A DNA stretch of 64,000 nucleotides, from assembly GCA_021613535.1 (NCBI GenBank), contig CP075492.1, positions 19,406,001 through 19,470,000 of the forward strand. Reading direction: 5' to 3'. Below are positions 37,391 through 51,400 of this stretch, in pieces. This DNA is from Adineta vaga (lineage: Eukaryota > Animalia > Rotifera). How positions within the stretch are numbered: the stretch's first letter is position 1; every line of letters begins with the position of its first letter. The notes beneath the pieces are model-generated. The model was not told where the DNA came from. It worked only from the letters and a program-made list of their open reading frames with translations, and ran no database searches. The translations under genes and the position numbers were made by a program.

Positions 37391-39505
37391 TATCGCCAAA
37401 ATTAAAACATTAAAAACCTCTACCTTTGGCAGTTTCAATTGCCTGTATATCTATAAACTCGTTGTCCTCAGAATCATATAAATATAAGAGCTAATAATAT
37501 TTTAATAATTTATTCCTCAACTTTACAAATGATCATATCTATAATTATGAGCGAGCATGAGGGTGTCGGTGTGAGCTGATAGCAAATCCATATGGAGTAA
37601 ATAAGCTATGATAGTCGCTCACAGCATTCTAAGTATTGTGACCAACAGTCAGATTCTATAATGCTTCCGGATTTCGATTCATTGAACATTCGAAATAGTT
37701 CGCTCATCAAAAATACAAAATACTATGCCATTTTCATAGGAAATAGTTCCAAGATTAATTTTAATAATTTGATTGAAAGTGTGATTGGTGTGATGAAGAT
37801 AAAGCTGAGGGCGAGAATGAGAGTGTTGGAGGTCGTTTCACCTGTATGCTAACCCACACCTTCACCCTCAAACGTTTTATAGTCTTTACTCAGTTGCTAT
37901 TATTTAATATCTGAATGAATAATTTGATGACAATAAGCGAAGAAGAGTGTATATGTGATTGTTTCTTTATTTATTTTATACCCATTCTTAAAATTTGATT
38001 CAACTTCATATGTATTGCACTATCAGTTCTTTTTATTTATTACTGGTGTAAGATATCGAAGAACAAGAAGAAATAGATCAATAATTATTAGGTTAAAAAA
38101 TGTAGGTTATAAATATTGAGAACATTTGTAGAATAAATAAAAAGAAAAAAAGAGGGAAAATAATTTGTTCAATGCAATCAATGGTTAATTTGCTAAATTA
38201 TATTCTAATTCACTCATTTATTTATAGTTATGATCAATAAAGAATTCTTACTTAAATTTATTGAGGATGTAGTTGATGGTGTGTAAGAGTTATATGTAAA
38301 CAATCACTCACACCCTAAAGATTTTCAATAGAGAAAAAATTCCCAGCACTCGTCATTCCCGAACTCTTGCACGAAATCGACAAAAAATAATTTTCTTTGC
38401 GAATACCCGGACATGTTGCTAGGTGTTCGGAATGAGTGGTAAGAAATGTAGTTTACCTGTAATTTCATTACATACAGATAGGAGTGAATGTCATTGTTCA
38501 CACAAGCCAGTCTATTCATTTGACTACATACAAGAAAAATATTTTTATATCAAATTCGATTAATGGTGTATAGTTTAAATACAGATCTCGAATTAAGAGA
38601 AAATTTTTAGAAAAATTTTGATCCTGATTATATAATTTTCTTATTTTCATTTCTGTTGTTCCTTCTCTGCTAAATTCTTCGATGCTTATGACCGTAAATA
38701 CTCCTTCGTCCTGTGTCTTCTATATATATATATATATATATAAATGTTTTCATAGTTTGGCAACGTGGTCGAGAAAAGAATACAAGAAATAAAATTTAAA
38801 TGATAACATTCACATACAGCATAGACATCTGACGAAGAGATGTGTGATCTCAACGATACATCAGAATCCGAAATAGTACGTGAAATCAATCCCGTTTTAC
38901 TTCGGTCGCTTTCATTAAAAACTGAAAATAATTTGAATGATATCATCATTATCATTCTAGATCCTCAAAGGGAGACAAGTAAAGATTGTCAACTTCTAAA
39001 AAGCGATCTTCAAAGTATTATATATCCCTTTGTAAAAAGAAAAGAACTAAAAATTTGTATTGTTCATCGTTAATTTTCTTCAGACATTTTTATTGAAGAA
39101 AAAAAATATAGACTTATCATAAGAATAGATTTAAAAAAATGCAATGATTTATATGGATTTTTTCATAATAATTTGATGTTGAGACATATCAATATGATTC
39201 ACCTCTCTCAAACACTTTTTACAGTACTTATAAAAGTAACTTTCGGATAAAATTCTTTTTCAAAAAGTAGAAAAAACAGTAGTTTCTTTTTGAGCTTCTA
39301 TGTTCACATGATAACAAACGATAAAGTGAAATGAAAAATTCAATTAGTAAATCGAATTTCTCAAAAGAGAATCAACAAAATATTGACAAAACTACGTAAT
39401 TGTTATCATTTTATATGAAAAGATAAGAATAATACAAAGCGTATGATGACGATGTGAGAAAAAAAAACAAATTTTTAAAGATAAATTTTTTTCTCATTTT
39501 CAAAA

Positions 39506-40647
39506 ATGTTAAAAAAAATCATATTTTTTTATTTCTTAATTCTTATTATCAAGTAAATTAATTTCTTTTCTTTTGAATTTATAAAAAAATTTGTTTTTTT
39601 CTTTTAGTTTATCAAGTAAATATGATTTTAAAAAGAAAATCTTTTTCTTTTCTATATATTTATTAAAATAGATTCGGAAATATGTTCAACAGCAACATGG
39701 TCAAAAGATGGAATAACAGTTGCAGGTGGAAAAGATTATGGACATAATTTTGATCAATTAGCTCATCCTTTTGGAATATTTCTTGATGATAATGATGCGA
39801 TTTTTATTGCCGATCATGATAATGATCGAATTGTTAAATGGGAACAAAATGCAACAATTGAACAATGGATTGTTGGTGAAAAAGATTCGTATAATCTGGA
39901 AAAATTATCAATATATAGATATATGCCACAAGATATTATTGTAGATAAAAATGGAATAGTTTATATTGCTGATGGAGGATTTAATCATCTTGTTCGTTGG
40001 AATTTAAATGAAAATAAAAGTGAAATTCTTATTGATAATATTCAAATTGTTGGTATTGCACAAGATAATCAAGGTTTTATTTATGTATAAGAATATGCTG
40101 ATAGAACAATAACAAAATGGAATTTTAATGATCAAGAATATGATGGAGAAATGATTGCATCAAAATTACGTCAATCATATTTGATATTTGTTGATGAAAA
40201 TCGTTCAATTTATTCAACAGGATATTTAACTCATCGAATTATTAAAATAATTGAAGAAAATGATGAACCAATTCTTATTGCTGATCAATCAGATCGGTCA
40301 GGCGATGGTTTTGATCAATTTGATGAACCATCAGGTGTTTATGTTGATCAACACAAGGTTCAATTTATGTTGCTGATTCTGGAAATCATCGAATTATGCG
40401 TTGGTTAAAAGATGCTACAAATGGAACATTAATTGCTGGTGGAAATGGTCGAGGTTCTGCGGCAAATCAATTAGATAAACTTGCGGATTTGTTTCTTGAT
40501 CGACAAGGAAATTTATATGTTTCTGATATGATCAATAATCGTGTTCAAAAATTTCCTATTGATAAAAGTTCTTGTCAAAAAAATGAATTGATTTTTAATT
40601 ATCCAAATAAAAAGTCAAAAAAAGTATCAAAGTTTGATCTAAATTGA
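39506..40647 (+). pseudogene. Secreted NHL-repeat (beta-propeller) protein, disrupted
   Basis: Reads ATWSKDGITVAGG...QLAHPFGIFLD...IADHDNDRIVKW and GNLYVSDMINNRVQKF. It has an in-frame TAA at ~40088 and a frameshift at ~40355. Confidence 0.75.
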
Positions 40648-41192
40648 TATTGGAAGTAACAATATACATCATTGCAACTTCGTTTTATATTCTATAGTAG
40701 AAAAGAAAATAATTGAATGATAAAAATCTACTGGACTTCTATTTCATTGTTTTAAACGTAATTGTAGGTATTATAATACTATATAGTAGAGTTTCAAGAT
40801 TGTCAACTACTTTGACGAAGATCCTTGAGAAAAACACGCATAATGTTCTGCTCAAATTATTATAAAGAAACGAAGATTTAGCCTACCATTGAATACGATC
40901 TATTTGATGATAAACCAATTGGAATTCATCGATTTTCTTTCAATACTTCATCATTTTTTGAATAGATCGAGTCTATGAAAATGTATTTGAGTAATTGACC
41001 AAATGCATAAATAAGTCTTTTTATTTTGTTTTTTTAAATCAACATTTTCTTCATATTGAAAGAATTCCAGTAACTGACTTACAAAATATCTAATTTATTC
41101 ATGTTATTATGTAAGAAAAAGAGATAATTACTCGATTATATAGAAATATATATTAACTATTGAAGATTTTATTTGATTTTAATATTAAGAAA

Positions 41193-41620
41193 ATGACAAA
41201 CAATGATAATATAACACAATTTGAAGATCTTTCTAATGAAATTATTTATGAAATATTCAATTTTATAAACTTATTAATTTTTCCAATCATTTATTTTGAA
41301 GTTATTTGATTTTATTTATCACAAAATGTTCATTCGAAAAATCTTATCAAGAATTCTTTTTAATTAAATATTCATCGAATTCGTTCACTTTATATTCTCA
41401 ATCGATGGATTTAAATAAACTTTTTCGTTATTTATCTTTATTACCAAATCTTTTATCATTAATTATTTGTAAATTTAATGAACATTATGATCAATTTATG
41501 GTTTACAATCATCAAAATAATCTTACACATGTTTTTCTTCGATTAAGAGAAATAAATTTTGATCCTTTATATAAAAAATCCTTTTTCAAATCTTCAAGTT
41601 TTAAATTTATCAACACATGA
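41193..41620 (+). pseudogene. F-box/LRR-like remnant
   Basis: TQFEDLSNEIIYEIF followed by broken frames containing LSLLPNLLSLII. Confidence 0.6.
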
Positions 41621-42236
41621 ATAATGAATATCTTAATGCATAATGATGAAAAAATTTAATAAATTATATTATTTCTCATTAATGTTATTTATGATGGTAA
41701 TTAATCTTTTTATTATTTATTTATATATCCTTATCGTTCCTGATGTAGAGTGAGAAAAATAATACAAAAAAAATGAGTTTTTAGTCTATTTTTCGACAGA
41801 TACCACGTAGATCGTTTCTTTTTCACCACATTATTCCTCCTACGTACGATTTGTGTCACCTTTTGGTTCAAATTTATACCAAAATGTGTGACAGAACGAG
41901 ATCTATCTATGATAAGAAAATTAGCGAGAGAAACATCTGAAATACTGCTCAACACTCAATCCATGAATGAAATTTATTTTTCACGACGACATTGGGGTCT
42001 CCTTTGAGTAAGGTCAAAGCTTTGTAGGCATAATATTATTTTATCTTTATAGATATCCATATTCTCATTACGATCCATTACTATCGATAAAATTATTTAT
42101 ATGAAAGAAAAGAAAAGAAAAGAAAGAGACAGAAACTCGTATACATCAGTATATATTATACGTTATCTTACACTAACGTATAATATATATGTATATGTAC
42201 ATTGTTTTTTTTTCTCATTTTTATCTATAGAATACG

Positions 42237-42996
42237 ATGATAGTAAATGTTTCTATTTTGTTCTTTATAGTACTAACAATTGTTAGTTTTTATACATGTT
42301 CCAATGGTATGTTATCATTTGTTCACGTGCAGAACAACTCAAATGTTCAAAAGAAAATAATTACGAAAACTAAAATAAAATTAGATATGCGTCGAATTCG
42401 GCAAACACTTGAACCATTTCGTTCATTATTTAATTCACGAAATACTTATCATAAATATTATAATGAATTTAAAACAAAATGGAATTGTTGTCCTCTACAG
42501 AGAAATTACTTATTCGATATTAGAAATATGCAAAGATATATGGTTGAAATAGCAGATTGTCATTCATTTATCAACAATAAAAAAAAATCATCTTTCAAAA
42601 AAGTGTCAAGCCAGTTTAAAATTATCTGATCCAACACGTAACGATACTCCAAGTTGTGATGGACGACTACTCCGTAATATATCAGATAAATATTCTTTCG
42701 TTGTACAATTATATAATTATACAAAAATATGGTGTGCTGATGGACTTCATCCAATGCTGATCTATTTCAATATAACTCAAATTATTCAATGCGAACAAGC
42801 AATTAGAAAAGGATTAAAACAAACCTTTGAAGACTATGTCATATATGATGCTCTAAGTAGAAATTTACTTCATGTCTATGTATACAATATACATAATTAT
42901 CGTGATTATAATGATCCTCGATTATGGGATGATGAACAAGACAATGAAATGTTTTCATCCACGATCAATATGCATATCGCTGATAATTGTCCATAA
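42237..42996 (+). CDS. Secreted cysteine-containing protein of unknown function (one intron, one frameshift in an A-run at ~42580)
   Basis: Signal peptide is MIVNVSILFFIVLTIVSFYTCS and the intron GTATGT...TTAG lies at ~42307-42384. A frame change in the poly-A joins ORF 42237 to an open frame leading into ORF 42754. Confidence 0.5.
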
Positions 42997-44939
42997 CCGT
43001 TGCAAAATTAGTTTTTATAATATCGTCTCGAAACATACTCTGAAGTTTTATTTGTATTTTACTTACACTTTATATTATCATGCCATCATACTCATATATA
43101 ATCTGGTTGTTTTTGATTACTGTTGACTTCAAGACTAAATATGACTTTCTGTGATCCCTCTGCATTCAAATTATTCTTCTTGGTTTCAAAATATACTTCC
43201 TCTATTTATTGTTTAATTTAAAAAATCTTCTTAAAGTTAGGTAGATTTTACGACATTCTAATTTAGTCTGTTAGAATTGTTGTACAATTTAAAAGAATTT
43301 CCATTATTTCATCGACTTGTTTTATATGTCTTCTAGTATAACTTTTTCATGGTGTATTTACAAAACTAGATTTTACATTTCTTATGTGAAATGTTATTTT
43401 CAACTGGTAGTAGAAGAAAACAGTAATCAAGTGTATAAAACTTGTAACCGAATGCTGTTGGAGAGTCGAGTGGAATACATTGGATCTTGAAGTTGTAAGT
43501 TTTGACAAAATATATCCTACCATGTATATTACGTAATACGTCTATTAATATTTTAATTGTGAACAAATGTGTGAGAAGATAATTAGCATAAGACAAGATT
43601 ATGGTAACATTGAATCTTCTTCTGGAGCTTGCATAGTTCTGACACGATTTCTAAGACTAGAACATGTATATAACATTATAATTTACGATAAAGATCAGTA
43701 TTCGGAAATATAGCTTAAAAGCTTCATGATTTGTTATCTATTACTCTTTTTAATATAAGTTATTTATTTAATTATTAGACATTTGTTTTCTTTGTAAGAT
43801 TTATAGAAAAGTCATTTTAATGGAGATGTATCCTATATTCCATAATGTTGCACATTGTAAGAATCAGTTTCATCGATTCTAGAATTCCTTGATAGAATCA
43901 TAATATCACGAAAAGACTAAAAAGAATTCAAAGACAATTAATGTCATACACATGTAAAAGAGAAACAATCTGTTTATGTCTCATCTCAAAGTATACAGAA
44001 ATCAAAAGAATAGAATGAATCAAATTCGATTATTAGATACGGCATCTATAGTAACGAAAATGTGAACATATTACAGTTTATAATTAAGAATCGATATTAA
44101 AATCTTTCATTAATTTTACTTTTATTTCTATCAAAAGTGACATATATGAATATATATTTGATGAAGAATACGTCAACCTTTATTAGCGACATGTCGTTGT
44201 TAGGGATAACTATTTTTTCCATCGATACAAGATGATTTTAGGATTCTGTTATGACATGATTCATTCGACCTGAACCGGTAGGTATAAGTAAGAGCTTGAG
44301 ACGATCTTCAAAGTTGACTTAGGAACCAGCTCTCAATTCCTCAGGAGAAACCGTCAAAAACACTTTTTTTTAGAAAAAATTCATTTTTAGCATAAATTTT
44401 GCTTGAGTGTCGTTATTAGGGCAAAGTACTGTATTCTAGAGCTAATCCTATTATTGCAATTTCTCCATTTTATATAAATGATCTTGTTTGTACATTTCTT
44501 GGTGTTATAATGGAACACAATCAGAACTCGATATTGTACCGGAAGTTATCTCTGTTTTAGATTATGTTTATTTTGAAACTTATATAGTTATGTCTTTATC
44601 TATTCTTGCTGTTACTATATTTGTATACGTGAAATAGTTGAACTTAATCAAGTAGAGATAGTAATGAATTTTTCTGATTGATTTTATTATCCCGAGTTTA
44701 TCATGATCGTTTCTTAGCTGATGCTTGAACGATAATTTGAACACCCTCTCACCCACTCTTTGAGGCTTTATTTGACGAATAAGAGCAAAGAAAACAAAAT
44801 GAAACAGAAAGAATGGAAGGAAAAGCGGAAGAAGATGAAATATCAATCCGTAATATATATATATATACAGTAAAACTTTTATTAGTGGACACATCTTCAA
44901 AATGATCACCTTGTTAATAGGAGTGCTTAAATTTGCAGT

Positions 44940-47228
44940 TTAACGATTATATATGAAGTTTTGAAATGTAATTCTAATAATATTTGCGGCGGAATTTGCT
45001 TGCTCCCTGGAAATGTTTCGGTTAGTGACAAATCTAATTGAATTTCCACGCCATGGAAAAGATAAAACTCCCTGTTTTTCCAACGAGTTTAATATCAAAT
45101 GTTTATTATCTGCGATGCCATCTAATTCCACAATTACAATGTTTGTTTCTACTTTATTCACTTGCTTACGTGAAACAACTTTAAGTAATTCCACTTCAAT
45201 AAGTTTTGCATGATCATGATCTCGTTGAAGAATTGCCTCCCAGTTTTCATTAAGAGAATATAATGCAGCAGCCGCCATAAAGCCAGCTTGATGAAGGGTA
45301 CCACCGAACCACTTCCTATATATTTTTGCCTTTTCAATACAGTCTCGACTTCCTGCAATTATCGATCCGAATGGCGCTCCCAATCCTTTGGCAAAACACA
45401 TTCCTATACTATCACAGTAGGCAGCTATCTCGTATGGTGTCACATTGCTTGCTATGCAAGCATTAAGAAGTCTTGCTCCATCGATATGAACGATCAGACC
45501 GTGCGCATTTGAATATTCTCTAATTGCTTTAAGCTCTTCGATAGGAAAAACAGCCCCTCCACCTGCATTCACTGTATTCTCTAAAAAGATTAGGGTCGCT
45601 TTGGCATACAAAGGACCCCTTGGTTTAGAATCAATAGCATTCTGAATATCATTCACAGTGATTAAGCCTCTATCTGCACGAATCAAATTTAATGTAACCC
45701 CACCCAAAGCTGCAGTTTGTGCCGATTCATAAAAGTTAATATGATATGAAGCGTCTACGATTACTTCGTCACCTGGTTTGGTATGAACTTTAATTGCAAT
45801 TTGATTAGTCATAGTTCCAGTAGGAATGAATAATGCAGCCTCTTTTCTGAAGAAGAAAGCGCAATAATCTTCTAATTGCCTGACGGTATCATCTTCGTTA
45901 AATGCTGCGTCACCAACTGAGGCAGATATTATAGCGTTTTTCATCCCTTCAGTTGGTAGTGTTAAAGTGTCACTTCGCAGGTCAATTTTGTCTTTGATTG
46001 GAGTTGCTGCCGATCGATACGTCACCTTAAGTGTTAACTTAGATCTATCCACTTCCTCTTTAACGAGAGATTCATTTTCGGACGAAAAGTATGCATTCAC
46101 AGTGTCATACTCTTGCATGATTTGGCCAGCAGAAGGGGCTTCAATTTCGATTAAGGATTTATATTTGTGTTTTTCAGGTAAATTCACGCTGTCAAAAATA
46201 AAGGATTTATTGCGGTCCAATGTCGGTACTAAAATAGCACCCATATATGTAGCGCTCGGTAACTGTACTATTTCAGGTTTAAGTCCTGAATCGATTCGAA
46301 TCATTTGAATTGTTAAATCCACCCCAAATTTTGCTATGAGCTTACTAGCTGCTCCACCACCAGGCCTGGCAGCAATTTCAAGAAAGTAGAATTCTCCATC
46401 TTTTTTGTTTTTTAAGAGTTCGAGGTGAAAGATTCCGTTTGAATAATCGAATCCTTTTGCGATTGAGTTAGTAATCGTTTCAATTTCGACGCGAAGTTTT
46501 GGATCTGAAACAAGAAGTTCAGCTTGAGGTAATCTTTTATTGTAATAATCAAAGCAAGATGGATAATCATGAAAGACTGCAAAAAATTGAACTTTTTGAT
46601 TTTCAACAATTCCATCCACTCTATAAGTTTCACCATCAATAAATTGCTCAACCAAGTAATGTTGTGAATTTATTTCTTGGATAATTTTGAGATCTTCTTC
46701 GTTCGTGAGAATGTGCACTCCTTTAGATCCTGTCTCAGTCCTTGGCTTGAGAACAACTGGCAGGCCCGTGTTTTTCATTAATGAAGTTGCCTCATCTATG
46801 GTAGCGTTTACCATGGTTGATGTGCGTATTCCAACTTCGATTGCACGTTTTTTCATTTGATATTTATCCACAAACAAACTTGCAACACTACCTCTCATAC
46901 CTGTCTGAATATTAAATTCGGTTCGTAAATTTGCAGCAATTTCTATCAGAGCTTCCTTTCTCGGCGACAGTGCAATTGCACTAATTGACCCACGAATAGT
47001 TTTAATTGTTTTCAAGCATGCCACATATTTTTCATATTCGATTGCATCTACTGAACATAATACTGCATCTTTTTCTTTTAGTAATGTCACTCGATCCAAG
47101 TCTTTTTTCAAACAGATAAGATCGATATGATCGAAAGTTGAATCGGTAATTTCTCGTAATGTTCTTGATGAATCATATGAGTCCATCAAAACGACTAAGC
47201 TTGACGTCGAAATGTTTTGCACTATCAT
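44940..47228 (-). CDS. ATP-grasp (L-amino acid ligase-like) domain fused to low-specificity L-threonine aldolase (PLP); bacterial-like
   Basis: ATP-grasp motifs are DKYQMK, PVVLKP...GSKGV, LVEQFIDG and FHLE...FLEIAARPGG. Aldolase motifs are IDLRSDT, PTGTMTNQ, LENT, HIDGAR and the PLP-lysine CFAKGLGAPFGS. The CDS is an uninterrupted 762 aa. Confidence 0.9.
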   Translation of the reverse strand: MIVQNISTSSLVVLMDSYDSSRTLREITDSTFDHIDLICLKKDLDRVTLLKEKDAVLCSVDAIEYEKYVACLKTIKTIRGSISAIALSPRKEALIEIAANLRTEFNIQTGMRGSVASLFVDKYQMKKRAIEVGIRTSTMVNATIDEATSLMKNTGLPVVLKPRTETGSKGVHILTNEEDLKIIQEINSQHYLVEQFIDGETYRVDGIVENQKVQFFAVFHDYPSCFDYYNKRLPQAELLVSDPKLRVEIETITNSIAKGFDYSNGIFHLELLKNKKDGEFYFLEIAARPGGGAASKLIAKFGVDLTIQMIRIDSGLKPEIVQLPSATYMGAILVPTLDRNKSFIFDSVNLPEKHKYKSLIEIEAPSAGQIMQEYDTVNAYFSSENESLVKEEVDRSKLTLKVTYRSAATPIKDKIDLRSDTLTLPTEGMKNAIISASVGDAAFNEDDTVRQLEDYCAFFFRKEAALFIPTGTMTNQIAIKVHTKPGDEVIVDASYHINFYESAQTAALGGVTLNLIRADRGLITVNDIQNAIDSKPRGPLYAKATLIFLENTVNAGGGAVFPIEELKAIREYSNAHGLIVHIDGARLLNACIASNVTPYEIAAYCDSIGMCFAKGLGAPFGSIIAGSRDCIEKAKIYRKWFGGTLHQAGFMAAAALYSLNENWEAILQRDHDHAKLIEVELLKVVSRKQVNKVETNIVIVELDGIADNKHLILNSLEKQGVLSFPWRGNSIRFVTNRNISREQANSAANIIRITFQNFIYNR

Positions 47229-50200
47229 CTAAAAGAACGAAAATGGTTACAGTTTTTTATCTAAATCCTTAGGTTATGGCTATTTCTCGGAGATAGAAGG
47301 GGAGAATGTTGACTTCTTGAATAAACGATCCATATTTCTCTGGTGATAATAATTAATGTCATGGAAAATCTAGCCTACCACTGCAAAAACATATATCAAA
47401 CCGAAACTGTCGGGATTTAGTGCATGTCTACCAGTGCAACGTTCAATAGTCATGGAAACCTCCATTCATTCGTTGTTATCGGCTAATTGATGCATTAGAT
47501 CAACGATAACTATACATATATAGCGTGTTCCATGGGATCCCAAGCACGTTTACATCGAGTTATTAAAAGCCTCAAAATTAGTTTTTCCAAATTCACTAGT
47601 GAGTAGGCATATATTGATCCTGACATTTGCCACGGTTTTGATGTAAAAGCGAAAAACCAGCTTTTTAGAAAGGCTTGTCGTTATGAAAGCTCCTCAGTTA
47701 AGCTACATTTAGGCTACAAAATATCGAGGTTTTGGTAGAGTTTGGACCATATTATAGGGTATATTCTTGTAACGAAAAAAGCTATCAAAAAACTCCATTC
47801 CCAAATATAGCCATATATAGGGTGTTGTAGAGGGTTCAATTCTGAATATTTTTATATCAAAATCCTGAGATAATCGATGTAAACGTAGTTGAGATCCCAT
47901 GAAAAACCCCGTATGTAACAATGAGCGAGAACAAAATAAAAAAATACTGAGAAAAAATACAAAACAACATGATGGGAAGAAGATGGCTGAAATATTCGAA
48001 TGAATAATATGAAAAAACGGGAGAATATTTTGACGATTTTTGATAGAAGAAGCTCTAGGACTGATAGAGCTACGCTTTCCTTTATTTCTTCATATCATAT
48101 TATCGCATCGTTCTCACACAAAACAGTCACTTATTTATCCTTTCGAAAGAGAAAAGGATTATAAAGATAGAATAAAGAATAAGGACAAAGAGCAGAGTAA
48201 GGACAAATATAAGCAGGTGACGGTTTTCACTGATTCGTCACACTCCCGCATGAAAAATGGGCGCTCTCCTGAGCGTCCGCAACATCGAAAAAGAAAGAAT
48301 AATCGAAAAGAATACACAAATAACAGAAGGGGAACACTTCTACTGCGTTCGCTCATAAATAAAACTGCTTACACTCATAGTTTATTAAGGAGATGAAAAG
48401 TCACAAAAAATCACAACAGCGTCCATACATTTGAAATTTGGCGTCAATTGTAAGATCATAACAGATGATGATGTATTGATGATATTGAGTTAGATGTAAG
48501 AAATCCATGAAGATAATGGACGAAGTACCGAGCAATAGAGTGAAATAAGACACCACAGCGTTGTTTGTACAGATGTTATAAGGTAAGCACTTTGAGACTA
48601 CGCGCCGTTGGCTCGACTCTAGCCACCCTTCAGTGCGTTCACTTAAGTTGTATGTGTCATCCGAACAAAAACAAAATGTACGAAACAAAAACCTATTCAG
48701 TATACAGGTATAATATGAGATGAGTGAGTTTGAAAATGTGAGTTATCAGTCAAACTATACTGGTGCATGCCTAATTGACAAAAATATTACACTTGAATTT
48801 CAGAAAGCACATAGAGAAAAGTTTGTTTGATTGAATGATTGACATATCAAATAGAAGACCGTTCTATTACTTCTCGTCAATGGTGTGACCGTATGAACGA
48901 TGTGTTCTAAGAATATCAGTAAATATATATTTTATCAAGCAAGTAATTAACTACAGACGAAATTGATTTCTTGTTTGGTCATCATGAAATGCCTAATTAA
49001 ATTTTTTTATATAGATGAACTTATAGGAACATCGTCGCACTTCAGAAAAAAACTTTTAACACATTAGTTCATAAAATTTGTTGTATAATCTATAACTGCT
49101 TAATGAACAGTAGAAACTTAATTCTCTTCTTTGTATTAAACACATTAATAACACATGATATGAATGATTAATTAAAATATTCAATTTTTTACGCATTGTT
49201 AATACTACAATTGAAATTTGATAAGTGGTCCTGATTCTGACAAAAACGTCTCTTCTTATCTTTGTCAAACTGAATAACATCTCAAGTTATTTTACTTAGA
49301 TGATTTTTTTATTTTCTCATCAAACAAAGTCTTGACAGTTCTTAGCTGATAATAATTGATTGTTTTGTAAAATACAACGAGTAATGAAAATGAAAGAGTG
49401 CATAGATGATGATGAATATTTATACATACTCATATGTTACTGTTGTGCGAAATAAAATAAAGAAAAAAATGGTTCATCTTTGGGATTCAATTAAGTTTGC
49501 TGTTTAAACTCTCATAATCTATTTGTTTTATCCATTTGACACATCTGTATAAATCAATAACCATTTCTTAATAGACAAAGATCAAAAGAATCAGAAATAA
49601 TAATTAAAAGCGCTAATAGTGAACGATATAATATCTTAAACTATTCAAACGAATTAGTTTGACTTTTTTTATCTTTATAAAATAGAAAATTACACTTCTA
49701 AATAGACTTCATCGATTAAGAAAAGTAATTTGTAGATTTGTAGATAGAATGAAAATCAATAAGGATGCAATTAAGTTTTATCTTACTTCAAATTTTTAAA
49801 ACAAGCTTCTTTCTTGAACTACATCAGTCAATTTGAACAGAAAACGTGATTTCGAAAAAAGAGAAAAATTTCTTTTGTTTAGTTTATGTTTTACTGCCTA
49901 TTACTTTTGTTCTCAGAAAAGTTTTTACAATAAGTGAAAGAAAAATGAAAAATGAAAACGCCTCACGGTTTGTTGATCGAATAGAAGTCCGAAATAAAAA
50001 CACATTTACAAAGTCACGCTGATGAGAGTATAACTCATTTTTTCACTGGTTAACCACAGGAAAATATTTCAGTAGATGGCGCGATTAGACGCGATTTTTT
50101 CATAATAGCCGTGATGGGTAGAAAAAAAACGCAGTTAATCACAGTATGTTACATCGCCATTAAGACGCACCGCGGTATATTTGAGTCAATTTATTTTCAA

Positions 50201-51400
50201 AACATGACTGGATTATAAAAACATTTTCTTATCGATTAAAACTAAATTTATCATCATCTTACAACATGGAAAATTGGAAAAAAAACTACGTTGTAAAAAA
50301 TAATGATTTGACGATTCGCAAAGTGTAATAAACCTTTTCTTTTCTGTTTCTTGAAGTGTTTGATAAATCCAAAAAGGATTTATATCTTCGTCAAATACAA
50401 TAAAAACGGGGTTCCTTATACGGTGAAAATTCATAAATCTTTCTTTATGTTTATGAGACCATCATAAACGCTTTTATTGTGGACTATTCCTCACTTTTTC
50501 ACATTGTAGATATATGTGATTCTTCAATCAGAATAGAATATTTTTATTAAATGCTAACAAATGATAATATTAAAATTAATTTTTCAATTTATATGATAAT
50601 AAAGTGCAATTTCAATAAGAACAGTTAGACTTTGAAAATTTGAAGCTACAGAGGCAATAAATCAGATCCATATGAAATGTAAATAAACGTCAACTACACC
50701 TAAGGATTTAGCAGATTGGAGAAAATATGCACATATCGAATACCTTACAGTCGCAGTTAATTCAGATGACTACTTCTAATAATATTCACAAGCTCGTACA
50801 TTATCAGACATAGAAATATACATAAACTTGTCTTGTTAGTCAATAAAATCGAGATGTTTTAACTTTGCCAATAATTTGCATATGTTTTAGTATTAAGATT
50901 TACATATATTTACTGAATTTCAATACCGCACAAAATCGCGGTTTAATATCGACAAATTCTAATAAATCTCTACCTTTTACCAGGTATAATCTTATCAAAT
51001 AAAGTGTGTTTATATACATCAATGATGATAACTATAAAGGATAAATACAATACAATAAATCCTATACAAAGTATACTCTAAATACTGTTATAAGAGAAAA
51101 TCTAAATAAAATTTTAGAAATATCACAAATTGATAAGAAATATTCATGAAGTTATTAAGATTTTACCTTGTATATGATATGAATATGAACTGATGGTTCA
51201 ATGGAATTAGTGAACGACAATCACATGGTAAGGAGTTCGAATTTAACATGCAGCAGATGAATATAAAATAGATAGTGGTATTAAAAGAGTTGTTCGCGGT
51301 GGAAGATGAACGTGTTGATATCGTAGAATAGTGGTGAACATCAGGGTGTGGGTACGTCAGAATGGGGGTAGATACTTCTATCTCTTATCACCCATACCCT

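Noticed and set aside
48040-48688. ORFs upstream of the ATP-grasp/aldolase gene
   Set aside because: They have low-complexity, purine-biased composition and no motifs, and are more likely promoter, UTR or intron sequence.
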